Assembly (NCBI GenBank): GCA_013265495.1
Contig: MU058384.1
Location: 371,622 to 435,621 of the forward strand
Source: Vicugna vicugna
Taxonomy: Eukaryota
Direction: 5' to 3'
DNA: 64,000 bases
Positions 13,310-26,960 of the stretch are shown here, in pieces. The notes below the pieces were generated by a model. The model was not told the DNA's origin. It did not search any database and saw only the letters and a program-made list of their open reading frames with translations. Each line of letters opens with the position of its first letter. Position 1 is the first letter of the stretch. A program made the translations under genes and the position numbers.

Positions 13310-15075
13310 CCTCTTGGACTTAATGCTCAGTTTGGGGTTTACAGAATTGTTGTGAACATAGTGCAGAGAGTTCCTGTACACCCCGCATCCAGTTATCTCT
13401 ATTAGTGTCATCTTACATTAATATGGTATGTTTGTCACTTAATATAATACACTTAATAACAAGTATTAATACATAATTATTAACTAAACTCTTACTTTAT
13501 TTAGATTTCTGTAGTTTTTACTCAGTGTCCCTTTTCTGTTCCAGTGTCCCATTTAGGAAACATTACATTTCAGAGCCTAATCTCCCCCTTGGTTGTAACT
13601 GTTTCTTCCCTTAAGTTTAGACTCCTTTTAGCTGTGACTGTTTCTCTAAGCGTCCTTGTTTTTAATGACCTTGACAGTTTTGAAGATTACTGGCCAGGTC
13701 TTCTGTAGAATGTCTTTATATGTGATTTGTCTGATGTTTCTCCTATGATTAAATTAAACAAATGTGTTTTGAGGAGGAAGACCACAAAGGTAAAAATGTC
13801 ATGCTCATGATTTCATATCAAGGATGCTTAATATCAACATGACATTCCCATTAGTGTTAACCTTGACCACTTGGCTTGAAACAGTGTTTGTCAGGTCTCT
13901 CTACTGTAAAGTTACTACTTTCCTGTCTTCTTACTAAACTCAGTAGAAGTAATTATGCAGCGCACACACTTAACCAGTATGAGATCGTGTTTCAGCTTTT
14001 TGGTAATGGAATATCTGTATAAATAATTTGGTATTCTTCTTCGTGGGATATTTGACTGTTCTTCCTCATTTGTTTATTTATTCAGTAATTTACTTATATG
14101 AATATAGACTCACAAACACTTATTTTGTACTTTGGTTTATTCTTCAGTGCTACTTTTGGACTGCTTTGACATACTTTGACACACTTCAATCATTGTGTGT
14201 ATATATGTATATGTGTGTGCATATGTATGTGTGTGGAGCACTTTCTAACTTTCTGATATTACAATAGGTTCCAGATTCATCTTGTATACTTCCTTCCCCT
14301 GTCCTAAAATCATGCATTTCTCTAAATAGCTGTGGTTCCTTTTATTGAAGAAAGTTATTAGAAACCAAGACCTGTGTGTTAAGTATCCTTCTTACAACTG
14401 AAATGTTGTTGCTTCTAGGCCCTCTAAGCTGACAGATCATGGTTGGTGTGTGTGCATTTATCTCTGTACATATGCCTATTTATAAGTATTTCTATATGTG
14501 ACCATTAGTATCTTTAGTAAGTTAAACACAAGTTCATACTCATACTCTAACCCATTATTATAAGGACCATTCTTGCCTATACCCCTTGCTTCTCTGTAAA
14601 GTCCCTCTCCGGAAGTGAGAAACCTGACTCCCTCTGTTCAGCATCTATTTATTTAAGTGTTCAGTTCCAGTACACATGTATACTGCTTTAAGAAGTGTAA
14701 ATCTCCATGCCCATGGGAAGAAACTTTGACAACTGAAATATAGGGTTTAAGAACATTTTCTTTTGCCTTTACCCTTACAGATTTCACTCACATCCAGAGT
14801 TACTCAGGGCAGCACCTTACTCCTCAACCCCACTGGTAAGACTGTTTCATACATTTGTAATGGACGTAGAGTCTTGTCCCATTCTGTCCTGGGATTCCTT
14901 GACTTCATAATTATTTTTAATTGCATACATTAAGATTTACTTTATATGCTATGAAGTTCTATTGTTTAAAAAGCATTTATGACTTATATTCACAATTATA
15001 TTATCATATAGAATAGTTTCACCACCCTAAAAATTTCCCCTGTGCTTGACCTATGCAACCCTCCCCCCAAACCCT
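13310..15075 (-). mobile_element. L1MC/L1MD-type 3' UTR
   Basis: agtgcagagagttcctgtacacccc...tttaatgaccttgacagttttgaagattactggccagg...gaggaagaccacaaaggtaaaa...aatagtttcaccaccctaaaa typical of L1MC 3' ends in reverse. Confidence 0.8.
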
Positions 15076-15084
15076 GTTAATGTT

Positions 15085-15330
15085 TTAAAGAATAATGCAA
15101 TATGATCAAGGTTTATTTTTTGTTCTCTTTCAAATGCAAGATCTTTCGTCAGTAGGCAAATCTGTCATTGTAATAAAATTTGATACATAAAGAAAAGGAA
15201 AACAAGATTGCAGTATCACTGATCCCCTAAAATACATTCAACAAATTATGCCAGCCATTCCTATTACAGCAGAAAGAAGGCTAGACAGAGAGGAAAAACT
15301 CCCATAGATCATAGAAATTCAACATCAGTA
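15085..15330 (+). mobile_element. very old L1 ORF2 fragment
   Basis: aagaataatgcaatatgatcaagg...tcaaatgcaaga...aaaatacattcaacaaattatgccagccattcct resembles the RIIHHDQVGF..DAEKAFDKIQHPF region. Confidence 0.5.
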
Positions 15331-15799
15331 ATTAAATCTTTTAGGGAAAGAAAAAATATAGGGATATCAAAAGATCTTGAAAATCTGGAATAGACAAAAG
15401 AGATTATTGAGTATTGTTTTAGCAGAGTATTGGAATTGATACGGTATTGTCTTGGCTAATTCACTAATCTGTGAGAACAGAGGTTAATTTGTATGTTTTT
15501 ATCTGGTGGAGAAGCAAGTAATTTCTGTCTGGTAGGAGAGATAGACCCAGTGGTTGCTGTTTATAGCCCTGCTGGTCATTAACCAATTTTGAATCTTAAT
15601 ACAAGCATTGATTATAATCCTAACATTTCTTTGTTAACTGTTCTTTGAACAGACTGTAATGTCTCACTGGTTCCTTCATTAATGAGTTTAAGACAATCCT
15701 TTTATGGATTTTATTTTATATTTGTTTGAGAATCTTGGTTTTAATCTTCTTGAAAATTATCCTTTAACAGGGCTAAACTGATTATAAATAAGTAAAAGG

Positions 15800-18700
15800 T
15801 ATCATATTTTAGAAATAAACAGAATTAACAATAGCTAAGAGAGTTTATCACCCAAAGACCATCATTAAAATCATCAGAAAATGATGTGCACCAATAGTAA
15901 GAATACAATGATAGAATGTATGGATTATAAGCAAAATACTGGCACCTAATACTTGATAAAATGTCTTGAGAAATTAATTATTGAGTGTAAATATGTTTAA
16001 TAACTACATATATATACATTTTATGAAAGCTAAAGTTAAAATATAAACAATAGGATGATGGGGAAAGTTGTTAAGCATACAGAATTTCCCCAAAATAGCT
16101 GATTGCTTTTTATATTACAGTTAAATATATAATTAAGGTTAATATTGAAATAAAAGGAAATGAAGTCTTGTTCACAAAGCAGTCAAGGAAAATAAAGGGT
16201 TATAGTATATATAATCAATCCTATGGAACATGGGGAAGGAAAAAAACATGAAAACAGATAATAAATACTAAATATGAAATAATACAGTAGAAATATGTCA
16301 AAAATATATCACTAATAAAAATATATTAAATGTACCACCTGTTAAAACTTCAGATAATTATATTGATTTAAAAAATCAGTTCTAAGAGTCATACATAGAA
16401 TACAAGTGAAAATGAGGATTAAAAATAATAGTTACCAAACAGTAGATACCAAATGCAGTAAGGTGTCTGTTTCTCATAGAAATACATGTCAAAGAAATAA
16501 ACATATTTTGCTCACAATAGACAGTATACACTCTTTTGGGTGTATATGAAACTGAGTACTAGGTCACAAAAAAATTAACAAATTTCAAAAAATCAATGTC
16601 ATACAAAATATGTTGTGTGATAGCAGCACAATTAAATAGAAAATTCAACACAAACATCGCCAAAAAACCCCACATGTGTTTGGAAATTTTAAAATATACA
16701 CCTAAGTAACCTAGTGGCTAGAGATGAAATCAACATGAACAGTTTGAAGCTTTTATTAAGTAATTACTTTAAGGTAATTGAATCTGTACTCAAAAATTTC
16801 AAAATTCTGTGTCTCAAACACATGCCACAAATACAAATATTCAGGCCCATTTTTCTTAAAAGTTCAAACAATAGGTATTCCACATTTCTTCTTATCTGAT
16901 CCTGAGAAATCAACAAAACTATCAGGTCAATTTTACAAGGCTAACAATATAACTGAAACCAAACAAAGGCTCTACAGGAAAATAAAATCATAAATGAACC
17001 TAACTTAAAAATATATGAACAAACCTGAGATTAAGCAGAAGTGCTTCGAATAACACATCAGGGCCAATTACAGTTCATCCAGAAATGTTTAGATGTTCAA
17101 CATTTTAAAAATCTTTTAAAATCATACATCATATTGGTAAAGTAAAGGAGAACATTTTTATGATCATCTTAAAAGATAGTTTCATTTTTGATTATAAACT
17201 TTTTTTTAATTTACAAACAAAGAATAAAAAGAATTTCCTTTATCTATTAAAGGGCATCTGTTAAATTCTACAGCAAATGAAACACTAATTATGAGGATAG
17301 AAACATTCTCAGTAAAAGCTGAGATAAGGTAATTATGTATAATATGCATACAGCTATTCCTCATTCCCTACACAAGTGATGGAAGTATATAGAAAGACAC
17401 TAGAAATGAAAGGAAGAATGAAGCCATTTTTTTCACATGACATTATGGTCCACTTATAAAATTCAAGAGAATGTAAATATATCCTATGAGAACTAATGAA
17501 AGAGTTTAGCGATGTGTGAGGATTTTTGAAGAAAATTACAAAAGTGTACTGAAGAATAGAAGATCTAAGTTAACAGGGAGTTGTACTAAATTCACAGATT
17601 GAAAGAATTACTGGTATGATACTTTCTCTGTAAGGTAAACTGAAAGGCCAGTGCCATTTTAAAACTCATTGCAACAAACTGAGTGCCAGGTGTAATCCAG
17701 ACAGTTTTGAAGAACAAGGATGAGATGGGGCAATTGCCTGACTTATGGAAAAGCTATCATAATTCTAATGTTGGTGTGGAGAGGGACAAAGTGACAGTAC
17801 CAAATAGAGCACTTAGCGTATACTGATGAGGGTTTATAAATCAGCAAAGACACTATGTAACTATTCAGTACATGATGCTTAGACAGTTGACTAGTTATAT
17901 GAAAAACAAGTAAGTTTAGATACTTACCATACATATTTCTTCTGTATTTTTTACAGTGAGATTAAAGACATAACTGAAAACTTGAAACAAAATATAAGAA
18001 TTTATATATGGACCCTGGAGTATGAAAATATTTTCTATTTGTGATAGTTTTGAGCACTGTAGATAAATAATGATAAAATCTATTAAGAGCAGTTTTTAAT
18101 GGAAAAAACTCAGGAGGGTAAAAACTATTTAATATGTGAAGGTGAGATGTGATAATGAGAAGTATAATCATTTATAAATTATTTGATATGATTTAAAACT
18201 GGAAATCTTTGGAAGATATTTGATTTAATATCAAGAATAGTGTTTATGTCAGATTTATACCTGCTCTCCGTATGGTAACATTTCTATATACAAGTATCAT
18301 TAAAATGTCTTTCATAATTTGGCCTTAAAAAGTGCTACATGCAACATATTAATACAGTGTTAAAGTTATCCCCTTTGCAACATTAATCTTGATTCTGTAT
18401 ATATTAACCTGTCATGGGGAAGAATGTGATTCATCACTATCATTATAAATTATAGATGAAGTCTTTGACAGACAGAAGGCCTCTTAGAGTCCATGTTAGT
18501 TTTATTTCTGCATACTTCATAGTATGAGATTTTTTTGTGAATTTTTGTCTTTAAAAAATGTAAAGGCAGCATTATACTCATCAACTACAACAAAATACAA
18601 ACTACTTCTGGTCAACAAAAAACACGATAAATTTCAAAGACAAATTAAATTGTTGGAAGACAGTGTAATTATCAAATTATGTTTATTATAAAATGTTTAT

Positions 18701-19540
18701 AAAGAATCCCTACAAATCTGTAAGACAAGAGCTGCTACAGCTCGGTAATATCTCAAAAAAAAAAAAAATCAAGAAGAGAAACAACCCAGTTGAAGAAAGG
18801 GGAAAATATGAAAAATGAGCTTTCAGAAAAAGAGAAAGTAAAAAAAAAAATTAAGAAAATAATTAAAGTCACTAATACTCAAGTAGATGCAAATCAGAAA
18901 ATTGAGACATTATTTCACATATATCAAATAAGTAAAATTTTAAATCTTGATAATACCAAGTGTTAACATAGAGTAATAAGAACTGTTGGATCGTTAGGAG
19001 TATAAATGGATAAAAACATTTTGAGCAGATAACTTTCAAAAAGAATGAAGCTGATGCATTCCTGTTAAGTAAACATGGCTCAAAACAGAAACAAACAGAA
19101 AAGCTAAAAGCAGAGTAAATTCTCATCCACAAGAAGTGGACAAGTGAAACCTTGAAATCAAGATAGAAAATACTATGCCAAAGTTACAGAATCTAGAGCT
19201 ACACATTTAAAAAAAAGGATGCATTTCAAAAATATTTTTAAAAGCAAGTTGCTGAATGATATTTTCAGGCAGTTTTTAAAGTTTAAAGACTTGCAAAATT
19301 ACCATATTTTCTTTATGAATACATACATTTATAGCAGTCCATAAAATTATACAAATGCATCCAAATGATGCAAATCATATTCATAAAAGTGGCTGCTTAT
19401 GAGGAGGGATACAGAAATATACTTTTTGAAATTCAAGTAAAATTCGAAAGAAAACATGGCAAGACACTGTTTTGATAAAGACAAGGAACATGATTGTGGA
19501 TGTTTTTTAATAACATTCTGATTATTTTAAATATTAAAAT
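15800..19540 (+). mobile_element. highly decayed L1ME-type element (ORF1 end, ORF2, 3' UTR pieces in order)
   Basis: A-rich colinear L1-like motifs: gagagtttatcacccaaagacc, ctaggtcacaaaaaaattaacaaatttcaaaaaatcaatgtcatacaaaatatgtt, ctaatgaaagagtttagc, gatgcaaatcagaaaattgagacattatttcac, tgataataccaagtgtt. Confidence 0.6.
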
Positions 19541-19559
19541 AAATCCCTTTGAAAAACAC

Positions 19560-20680
19560 TGCTAAGTGTTGTTTTTAAAATTTGTGGCAAATAATAAATG
19601 GATAGAAATGCAGAAAACAATTTTGAAAATTAAAAAAATGATTTGACAACTGCCTAGATGATATTAATATTTAACATTAACCTACTGTTACGAAAATCAT
19701 ATGCATTATCATGACCAAGGAGCATACAAATAATTAAAGGAAGAGGAAAAAAAGTCAGAAAGAAATATAAAAGCATGTTGTTAGTTAGCAAATGATCAAG
19801 AGGACATTTCATAAAATGGTGAAAGAATAAATTATTCCTTACATGTTTTTTGAACATTTAAACTAGAAAAAAGTCGTAGAACTATTTCATATCATATTTA
19901 ATATTCATTAACTATTTTATGCAGTAAGTGCATAAAATGTGCTTTATTATATGTTGCCAAGAAAATAGTCATTAAAAATCCTCAGATCATATTTTAGATC
20001 TGTTTATCTGTAACTGTTTAATAATAGTTATTTTAAATTTATTTTAAAACACCTAAAATACTAGAAGGAATATCTTTATCTGGGTTGTGGAAACACAAGG
20101 TGTACATCTATATGAAAGTGTGTGTTTGAGATCTGTGTACATTTCACACCCCATTACATCCTGGAAAAACATGGTTACCTCTAAGTAGAGGGTGATAGTA
20201 AGGTAGAGAAATTAGAAAGAATGGTTAGATTTTGAATATACCTGTTCTTGATATTTGATTTTGAAAATGTATCCTTTATATATTTCAATAAAAAGTTAAA
20301 TTAAAAACACAATTTAAAATAAAATAAAATGAATTAAGTGAGCTAAAAGGGCTGGCCAATAAAACTTATGTGAACTTGGCTTTTATTTATTTAAAAAAAT
20401 TAAATACTGGAACAAAATAAAGGAGAATGCATGAATGATTTGGCGATGTGCTTCATCAATTCAAGTATAAGAGAAAACCAGAAATAAGTGAAAAGATCAA
20501 AATACATAAATATGTAAAACGTAAATAGGATAGGAGATAAAATAGCAAAGAAAAAAAGAATAAAAAATAGGAGGAAATACTAAATATTCTGTCACATATA
20601 AAAGCCTAAAAACTCCATTAAATATTGATAAAGGGGAGATGATTCCCACGATAAGAAATATAAACTGTAAACATACACAT
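19560..20680 (+). mobile_element. additional old L1M fragments
   Basis: L1 ORF2/3' UTR-like motifs, e.g. catggttacctctaagtagagggtg and gtgaaaagatcaaaatac. Confidence 0.4.
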
Positions 20681-21103
20681 CAGAAATGGCCCTCAAAGAG
20701 ACGGGCCAGCTCCTCTCTCGGACACTGTACCCTGCAGATGGCCTCCTTCGTTCAAGGCTACACTTACACCTGCTGTCGCCCTTCAGGGGAGAAGGACATG
20801 AAATTCCCTTTAAGAAAATAGCCTTGAAAACATTTCCATTTATCCCAAGTGCAGGCTATTTCCTTTCTAAGGCCATAAAACAGTAGAAAATTGTCCTTAA
20901 GTGGATTTTTTAAAGTCTTATTCGATGAGTAATAATGTGTCATAAGTGCTAGACTTTATTATGCATTTATTTATTTGTTGCTTATAAAAGTACTGTGTGC
21001 ACTTGGTAGAAAATATGGAAAATATATGAATGTGGAACTGAAAAATAAAAGGAAGGAGATACAGTTGTTCACACATTAGATTGCTATAAAAGGAAGAACA
21101 ATT

Positions 21104-21151
21104 ATACACACACACACACACACATATATGTGTGTATATATATATATTTAT
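21104..21151. repeat. compound (CA)n/(TG)n/(TA)n microsatellite
   Basis: atacacacacacacacacacatatatgtgtgtatatatatatattta. Confidence 0.9.
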
Positions 21152-23016
21152 ATCCAGTATTGCTAAATGTTTCCAGAAACTGGACATCTCATAAATTGTT
21201 CATTATTTTTCACTTACAAAAAAATCTTTGAAGCAACCAGGCAGTGTCTGTAAATATTTTAAAATGACTTTTGACCTCAAAATATCAGCACTGGGAATTT
21301 ATCATGTAGAAATATACATATTTATAGTCAACCATATTCAATGCATCCTGTGTCTAATATCAAATATTTAGAAATCACTAAATATTTAGCAATAATGCAT
21401 GGCAATATATGAAATGGACTGAAGCATTTTTTTAATTGGGGTAAAATTGTCATGTCTGTTAAGAGATTACAGGTAAAATGTTACACCTTGCCAGGGTACA
21501 TACACATCAGTTAAAAAAAAAAAATGTTGGAGAACAATTTGAAGGGCATTGCTGAGGAAGAGTCCCAGGAATCTTTTGTGATTTCACGAGATAAAAAATA
21601 ACTTTGATGAGTTATCCTAAACAGAGACATATTCAAAATACTCTTCCAGCTCATAGAAATGAAAGAAAGAACTGCAAACTCGAGTCTCACAAAAAGCAAC
21701 GGCTCCTGTAGGGCCATCACGAATCTTACGTTTATCTGGTCCCTGCTTCCTTCTCTCCAAGAATTGAAGTCATTGTCTCACAGATTTTGCCATGCCCACC
21801 AAGACTCCAGTGTTGCATGCTTTACACTTTGAAATTACAGAGGATAATATTACTCTTCTGTCAGATCCAGGTCAAGTTTTTTTGTGGGGAAAAAAAAAAA
21901 CTTTCTTTGGCCAAGTTGTTTCTAATCAATGTAATCAGAGAATTCGAGTGTGATGATTGATCTCTCTTGGGTTAACAAATCTCAGTGGCCACAGAGACAC
22001 AGTAGCAGTGTACAGGATTCTGACTCTAGTGAGAGTGCACGATTTTCTGTTTGAATAAGTCGTGAAATACTAAAAAGCTAACTCAGATGATTTACTATTT
22101 AGTCAGAGGAAGTAATTGGCTCACACTAAAGGGAAGTCTTGATTTAAGATGGGATTCAGTTTGATTCACTAGCTCAACAGTAAGACCCATCTCATACCAT
22201 TTCTTCCTTCTGCTGTGCCAGTTTTGCCCTAAGGCTGGTTGCAGGATGACTGTCGATACCCTTGAACCTCCATGCATTCTCATCCTCATCTAGAGAGAAA
22301 GGCATCTTCTAGATGCTCTGTCCAGAGAATGAGAAAGTCTCTTTCCCAGACACCCCCATTTCATTCTCTTTGCATTTCACGGGCAAGTTGATCCCATAAC
22401 GTTGGCTAAACAATGACTGTGACTGAGAAATGGAACTGTACACAGTGTTGAGGGCTAGAGATGTGTGTCTTCCCCTGAAAGCTTTTGTATTACACATGAA
22501 GGGACAGAAACCAGGTAAAAATGAGTAGAGAGAGGGAAGAGAGAATGAGTTGTTAAAAACAATCTCAACAACAAACTATTTGAACTTAATTTATGACTTC
22601 AGAAAATACAGAGAGTTTTAAAATGAATAGAACCCAGTGACTATAATGTGGAGAGGGTTTTGTTTTGTTTTGCTTTTATCATGTCCTTGAACACATTCTG
22701 TTGGATTTCTATCCTCTGAGTGTGGAATATATGTGAGGCAGTTCTTAAAGGTTTTTTAGTCACTTTATCTTCTGGAATAATATTTCAGGTATTTAAAAGC
22801 CAAATACAAGCAAATCCAAACTTCAGTCTCTCACACACAAAATAGTTTCCTGTGTCTTCCCTGATTCCCGGTGCACAGCTCTGTTTCTATCACCAAAATT
22901 CTGGTTTATGACAGTGTATATTTCTTATTCTCCTTGATATGCCTTCTTTCTTTTTTTGCTTCTGGACAGGGCAAAAGAGTTAAAGGGCAAGGAGGAAGAC
23001 CTTTATATTTACCAGA

Positions 23017-23105
23017 GTTTGGTTTTTGGGGGGTTTTGGATGTTTTGGGTTTTGGTTTTGATTTTGATTGTGATTTTTGGTTTTTTGTTTATTTGTTTGT
23101 TTGTT
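23017..23105. repeat. degenerate (GTTTT)n / T-G-rich simple repeat
   Basis: gtttggtttttggggggttttggatgttttgggttttggttttgattttg...tttgtttgtttgtt. Confidence 0.85.
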
Positions 23106-26100
23106 CTAGCTCCCTAATTTATTGTTGTGATATATCTGTTATCCCTGGCACTTTGTCTCCTGAGGCATTTTGTTGATGTTTTGGAAGAGAACCCTTTCAA
23201 CGTGAGGAAGGTCTCTGTCCTCCTCTTCCAAGAATGCTCATCGTTAGCTGCTTTGGGCCGAGGAGGACCCCAGTAAAAAATTTCCTGTGTCAGTTAATAC
23301 TCATCCACACTGAGATGCTCACTGTCAGGTACATATCTTAACTCTCCATACTGTAGTGTTGTTTTTGTTGTAAGCTCCCCTCTCTTAGATTTTTGGGAGA
23401 AAAACAACATAATTCTCAGCCTTTTAGCACTTTCTTCCCCTACAGTTGCTTTGAATGATGTTAATTTTAGCATAATTTTAGTCTTACCAGCATAAATGTT
23501 GTTGGCTAAAAGCTGTTGATGAAGCTGTACAGGCATTACATAAGTTGTAGGTACTTTTCTAGGATCACTGTTCGGGCTTTTTATCACTAGCCTCCTAACT
23601 TTGACTCCTGTCTCTAACTCTCACGCAAAATCAAGATTCTATTTTTTTGTTTAAAAAACTACGTAGCAGCCTGAATTAGAAGAACAGAAGAGAGGGATTT
23701 CATGTTTTTATTAAAACATTTTTAAAAAATAATTGAAAAGCTGTTTATCTAAAATGTGTTTAAAATAATCTTTTAGAATTTTCCATAATGAAAATGTGTT
23801 CTCAAACAGAAGAGATGTAGGATGCATGTTTTGAAATTATTCTATCTTAAATATTCTCTAGGGTTTCACAGGGGAATTCACAAAACGAATTTTTAAAAGT
23901 TGGCTTTGTGCTCTGAATGATATCTGTAGCCCATCATCATGCTTTTATGGAGTATACAGATAAGGAACTGACAAAACATGTCAACAAGCTTAATTTTGAA
24001 TTGAGAGTTCCGAAGAATGTGCATATTTGGGCTATTTAATTCTGTTTATTTCTGAGAAAACTCAAATTATATTTTTCTGGTGTAAAGTAAGTAATTTCTA
24101 AACAAAAAGTTAAAAAGAAGTAATTAAAGCTTGAAGTCCTTGAATACCCAAAGCAGATCTCCTAAACATAGGTTTTGTTTAAGGAAATATATTGCTGATT
24201 TATTCCAGTGCCAAAATGATAATTATGTCTGATACTGGTATGGATAGAGTTAAGAATTAACAACCTGTACTTATTAAATAATGGAATTTCTACAGCTCAG
24301 CTGATTCTTTCTGAATATAACTGTGAATCTGCTCATGTGTCTAATATTATCAGAAATAATTTTCTTTAATATATGAGAATACAAAGATAGACCTATAAAA
24401 AGTATTCCTTGTTCAGTTTATAAAATCTAAGATATCCAATGAAATAAAAAATAAAACAATATTTGCACTTGAACAATTGCAAATTGGAGACTATTTTAAT
24501 TGATGTTAGACAGCCTGCAGTCTCACCTAGACTCTCCTAATTTTTTTTTCCTCTCTGTGCTACTGAACAATTCTGGATAGACAGTGAACATGAAATAGCT
24601 CTCTTTACTCTTAAGCATCACCGTATTTTCAGAAAATATTAGGGTTTTGCATAAACTCAAACTTAATTGTGTGATTCTCAAAAGTCGAAACATGTATACA
24701 TATAGATATATGAATTTATCTACATTCATTTATCTGTAGAGAAGCTTTTCTTTTCAAGAAGTTATTTAAAGTTTATTCTGATGATAAATCCATATAAATC
24801 TTTATATGCTCCTTATTGTCTTGATTCTAATGGCACATATTGTCAGAGATATTTGAGTATTAGCTTTACTGTTTGGTGATAATTTTCTATGATTTCAGTG
24901 GTTCATATAAATATGGACATGTTCTGTGACTAGCTTCTAATCTCTGTTTTGTAATGAATGCAACAATCTAAGAAATGCATGTAAAATTTCATAGCTTCTA
25001 TGTGATTTATTGGATGCAAATGTATTATTTAATTGGTAAAAGTTGATATATAATACTTTAAACTAAAGAAAATAAAATAATGAATAAAAAGAGGGAAAGA
25101 GACAGAGTGAGACAGAGAGGAAGGGAAAGGGAAAAAAAAAGAAAGTTTCAGGTTCCCTGAAGCCATACAATTGGTTGTTAATGATGTATCAAATTCTAAT
25201 TACTGAATTATCTATCCATCCATTAGCAGCAGTACAATTTTCTTCTGAAATAATAAATAAGGGAGAATCCATATAAACCTCTTCCACTTTTTCCTCTCAT
25301 ATATCATTATTATTGAAAAATAAAATAAATGATCATTTGCCCTGTATCTGTATACATGAGAGGGTGTATGTGCACATACAGTCACTGTGTAATTTGGTAA
25401 TCATTTCACAGTGTTATATCCAAAACCAAGAATCATAAGAATGGCATTTATTAAGAACACATGAAGAGTTGTTTTGGCCATCATGACTTGTTTGCTTTCT
25501 GCTGGTAATCAGCTAAGTGCTGTCACATGGCAGGAAACATTAAACAAATGGTCTGGGGTAAGGTTACGTACATTTGTGCAGTAACCTCCTGTCTAAGTGA
25601 ACAGTTAATTGGACACCTATGTGAAACCCTATTGAAAAGTGGCAGTTCCATTAAGCCCTAAGTCAATAAAAACAACATGAGTCTAATTTGTTTTTATTAC
25701 TACACAGAAGAAAATTATAGAAACATTTAAAATCTGCAGGAATTCGTTGTAGGATGTAAATGCGCTTCCTTGTCTCTCCCTTTTGCTCCAGTCTGCTCTT
25801 CACAGAGGCTGGTTAATATTCAGGACTGATACTTTTGCAAGGTGAGAGTTACAGCGAGATATTTGGAAAGCTGAATTCCCAGCCTAGGGACTGCTGGGAC
25901 CAAAGGGACTGTTCTTTTAGTAATTCAATCATAAATCTTTCACTCACTGAATATTGCTGAGGGCATAGGACCCGATACAAAAACCCCAGACACAAAGGGA
26001 TTTCAAGAAATTCTGGTTCTCTGATGCCCTTTCCCTCCTAGCCTCTGCCCACTCCATTTCCCTATTTGGAGTCTTGGAAAATGGAGCTAAACTGAAGGTT

Positions 26101-26214
26101 ACTTAAAGTGCCTGTGTATAAATAGGATGCTGCTGTTTATTCCAACTTGGACATTCTGTAGCAACAGGAAAAATAGTTTGTTTATTTTAAGAGAAAGCCT
26201 TTTACACAGATCAT

Positions 26215-26410
26215 AGCCTCTTAAGCCAGACACCTGGATTCAAATTTGCCACCAGAGAGCTGATTTTTTTTTCATCTGCAAAATGGGGATAATAATAGTA
26301 TCTACCACACAGAGTTGTCAGGAGGATTAAATGAGTTCATTTATGTAAAGCGCTTAAAACAGTGCCTGGCCCTTATAAGCTCTATTTAATAGTTTGCTAT
26401 TTTATATTAC
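26215..26410 (+). mobile_element. MIR (core and 3' end)
   Basis: ttcatctgcaaaatggggataataatagtatctaccacacagagttgtcaggaggattaaatgag...tgtaaagcgcttaaaacagtgcctggc. Confidence 0.85.
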
Positions 26411-26729
26411 TTGAATTGATTGGATAAACTCTCTGATTCTAAGTTCACTAGTTTATCAGTATACACAAATGTTTTTTCCTAATACAAACATTTTAGTGAG
26501 GCTAAGATAAAGAACTGTAAAATTAGCTATGTAGATTAACAATATTCCTTTCAATAGAGAAGTTTTAATGTTATTTTAATTTATCAAGCTATTCCAAATA
26601 AACAAGCAATTTTTGTGGTTAGAGTTACTGCCTAATGATTAAACACTCTAAAATTCATGTGTAAAAATAGAAAAATATCCAAGAATGCTAAATGGTCCTA
26701 TCATGAGTTCATGTCTTACTGCGACTGAA

Positions 26730-26960
26730 GCCAACAAATATTGAGTGTGTGTATGAAAACTGATTAGAAATCATGGAGAATTAAAAATTTCAGACATGGT
26801 CCTTGTCTTCAAAGGGTTTACAGAAGAATGGAGGGAAAGACTAGTAAACAAAAGGATGCAAATCTAGTTCAGAAAAGTGAAAAGTGGCTTACTTGTGGCT
26901 ACAGGTATTAATGGGTGAATAGAGGAAGGAGAAATGAATTCTGACTTAATATCTAGAGCA
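26730..26960 (-). mobile_element. L2 3' end
   Basis: caacaaatattgagtg...cagacatggtccttgtcttcaaagggtttacag...gggaaagac. Confidence 0.5.

Noticed and set aside
21118..21135. 18-bp perfect palindrome acacacatatatgtgtgt
   Set aside because: Expected by-product of a compound CA/TA/TG microsatellite
22100..22560. Possible very old LTR (MLT1J/K-like)
   Set aside because: Similarity too faint to call by eye
22871..23176. 101-aa hydrophobic ORF
   Set aside because: Produced by a T/G-rich simple repeat (GF/VF runs)
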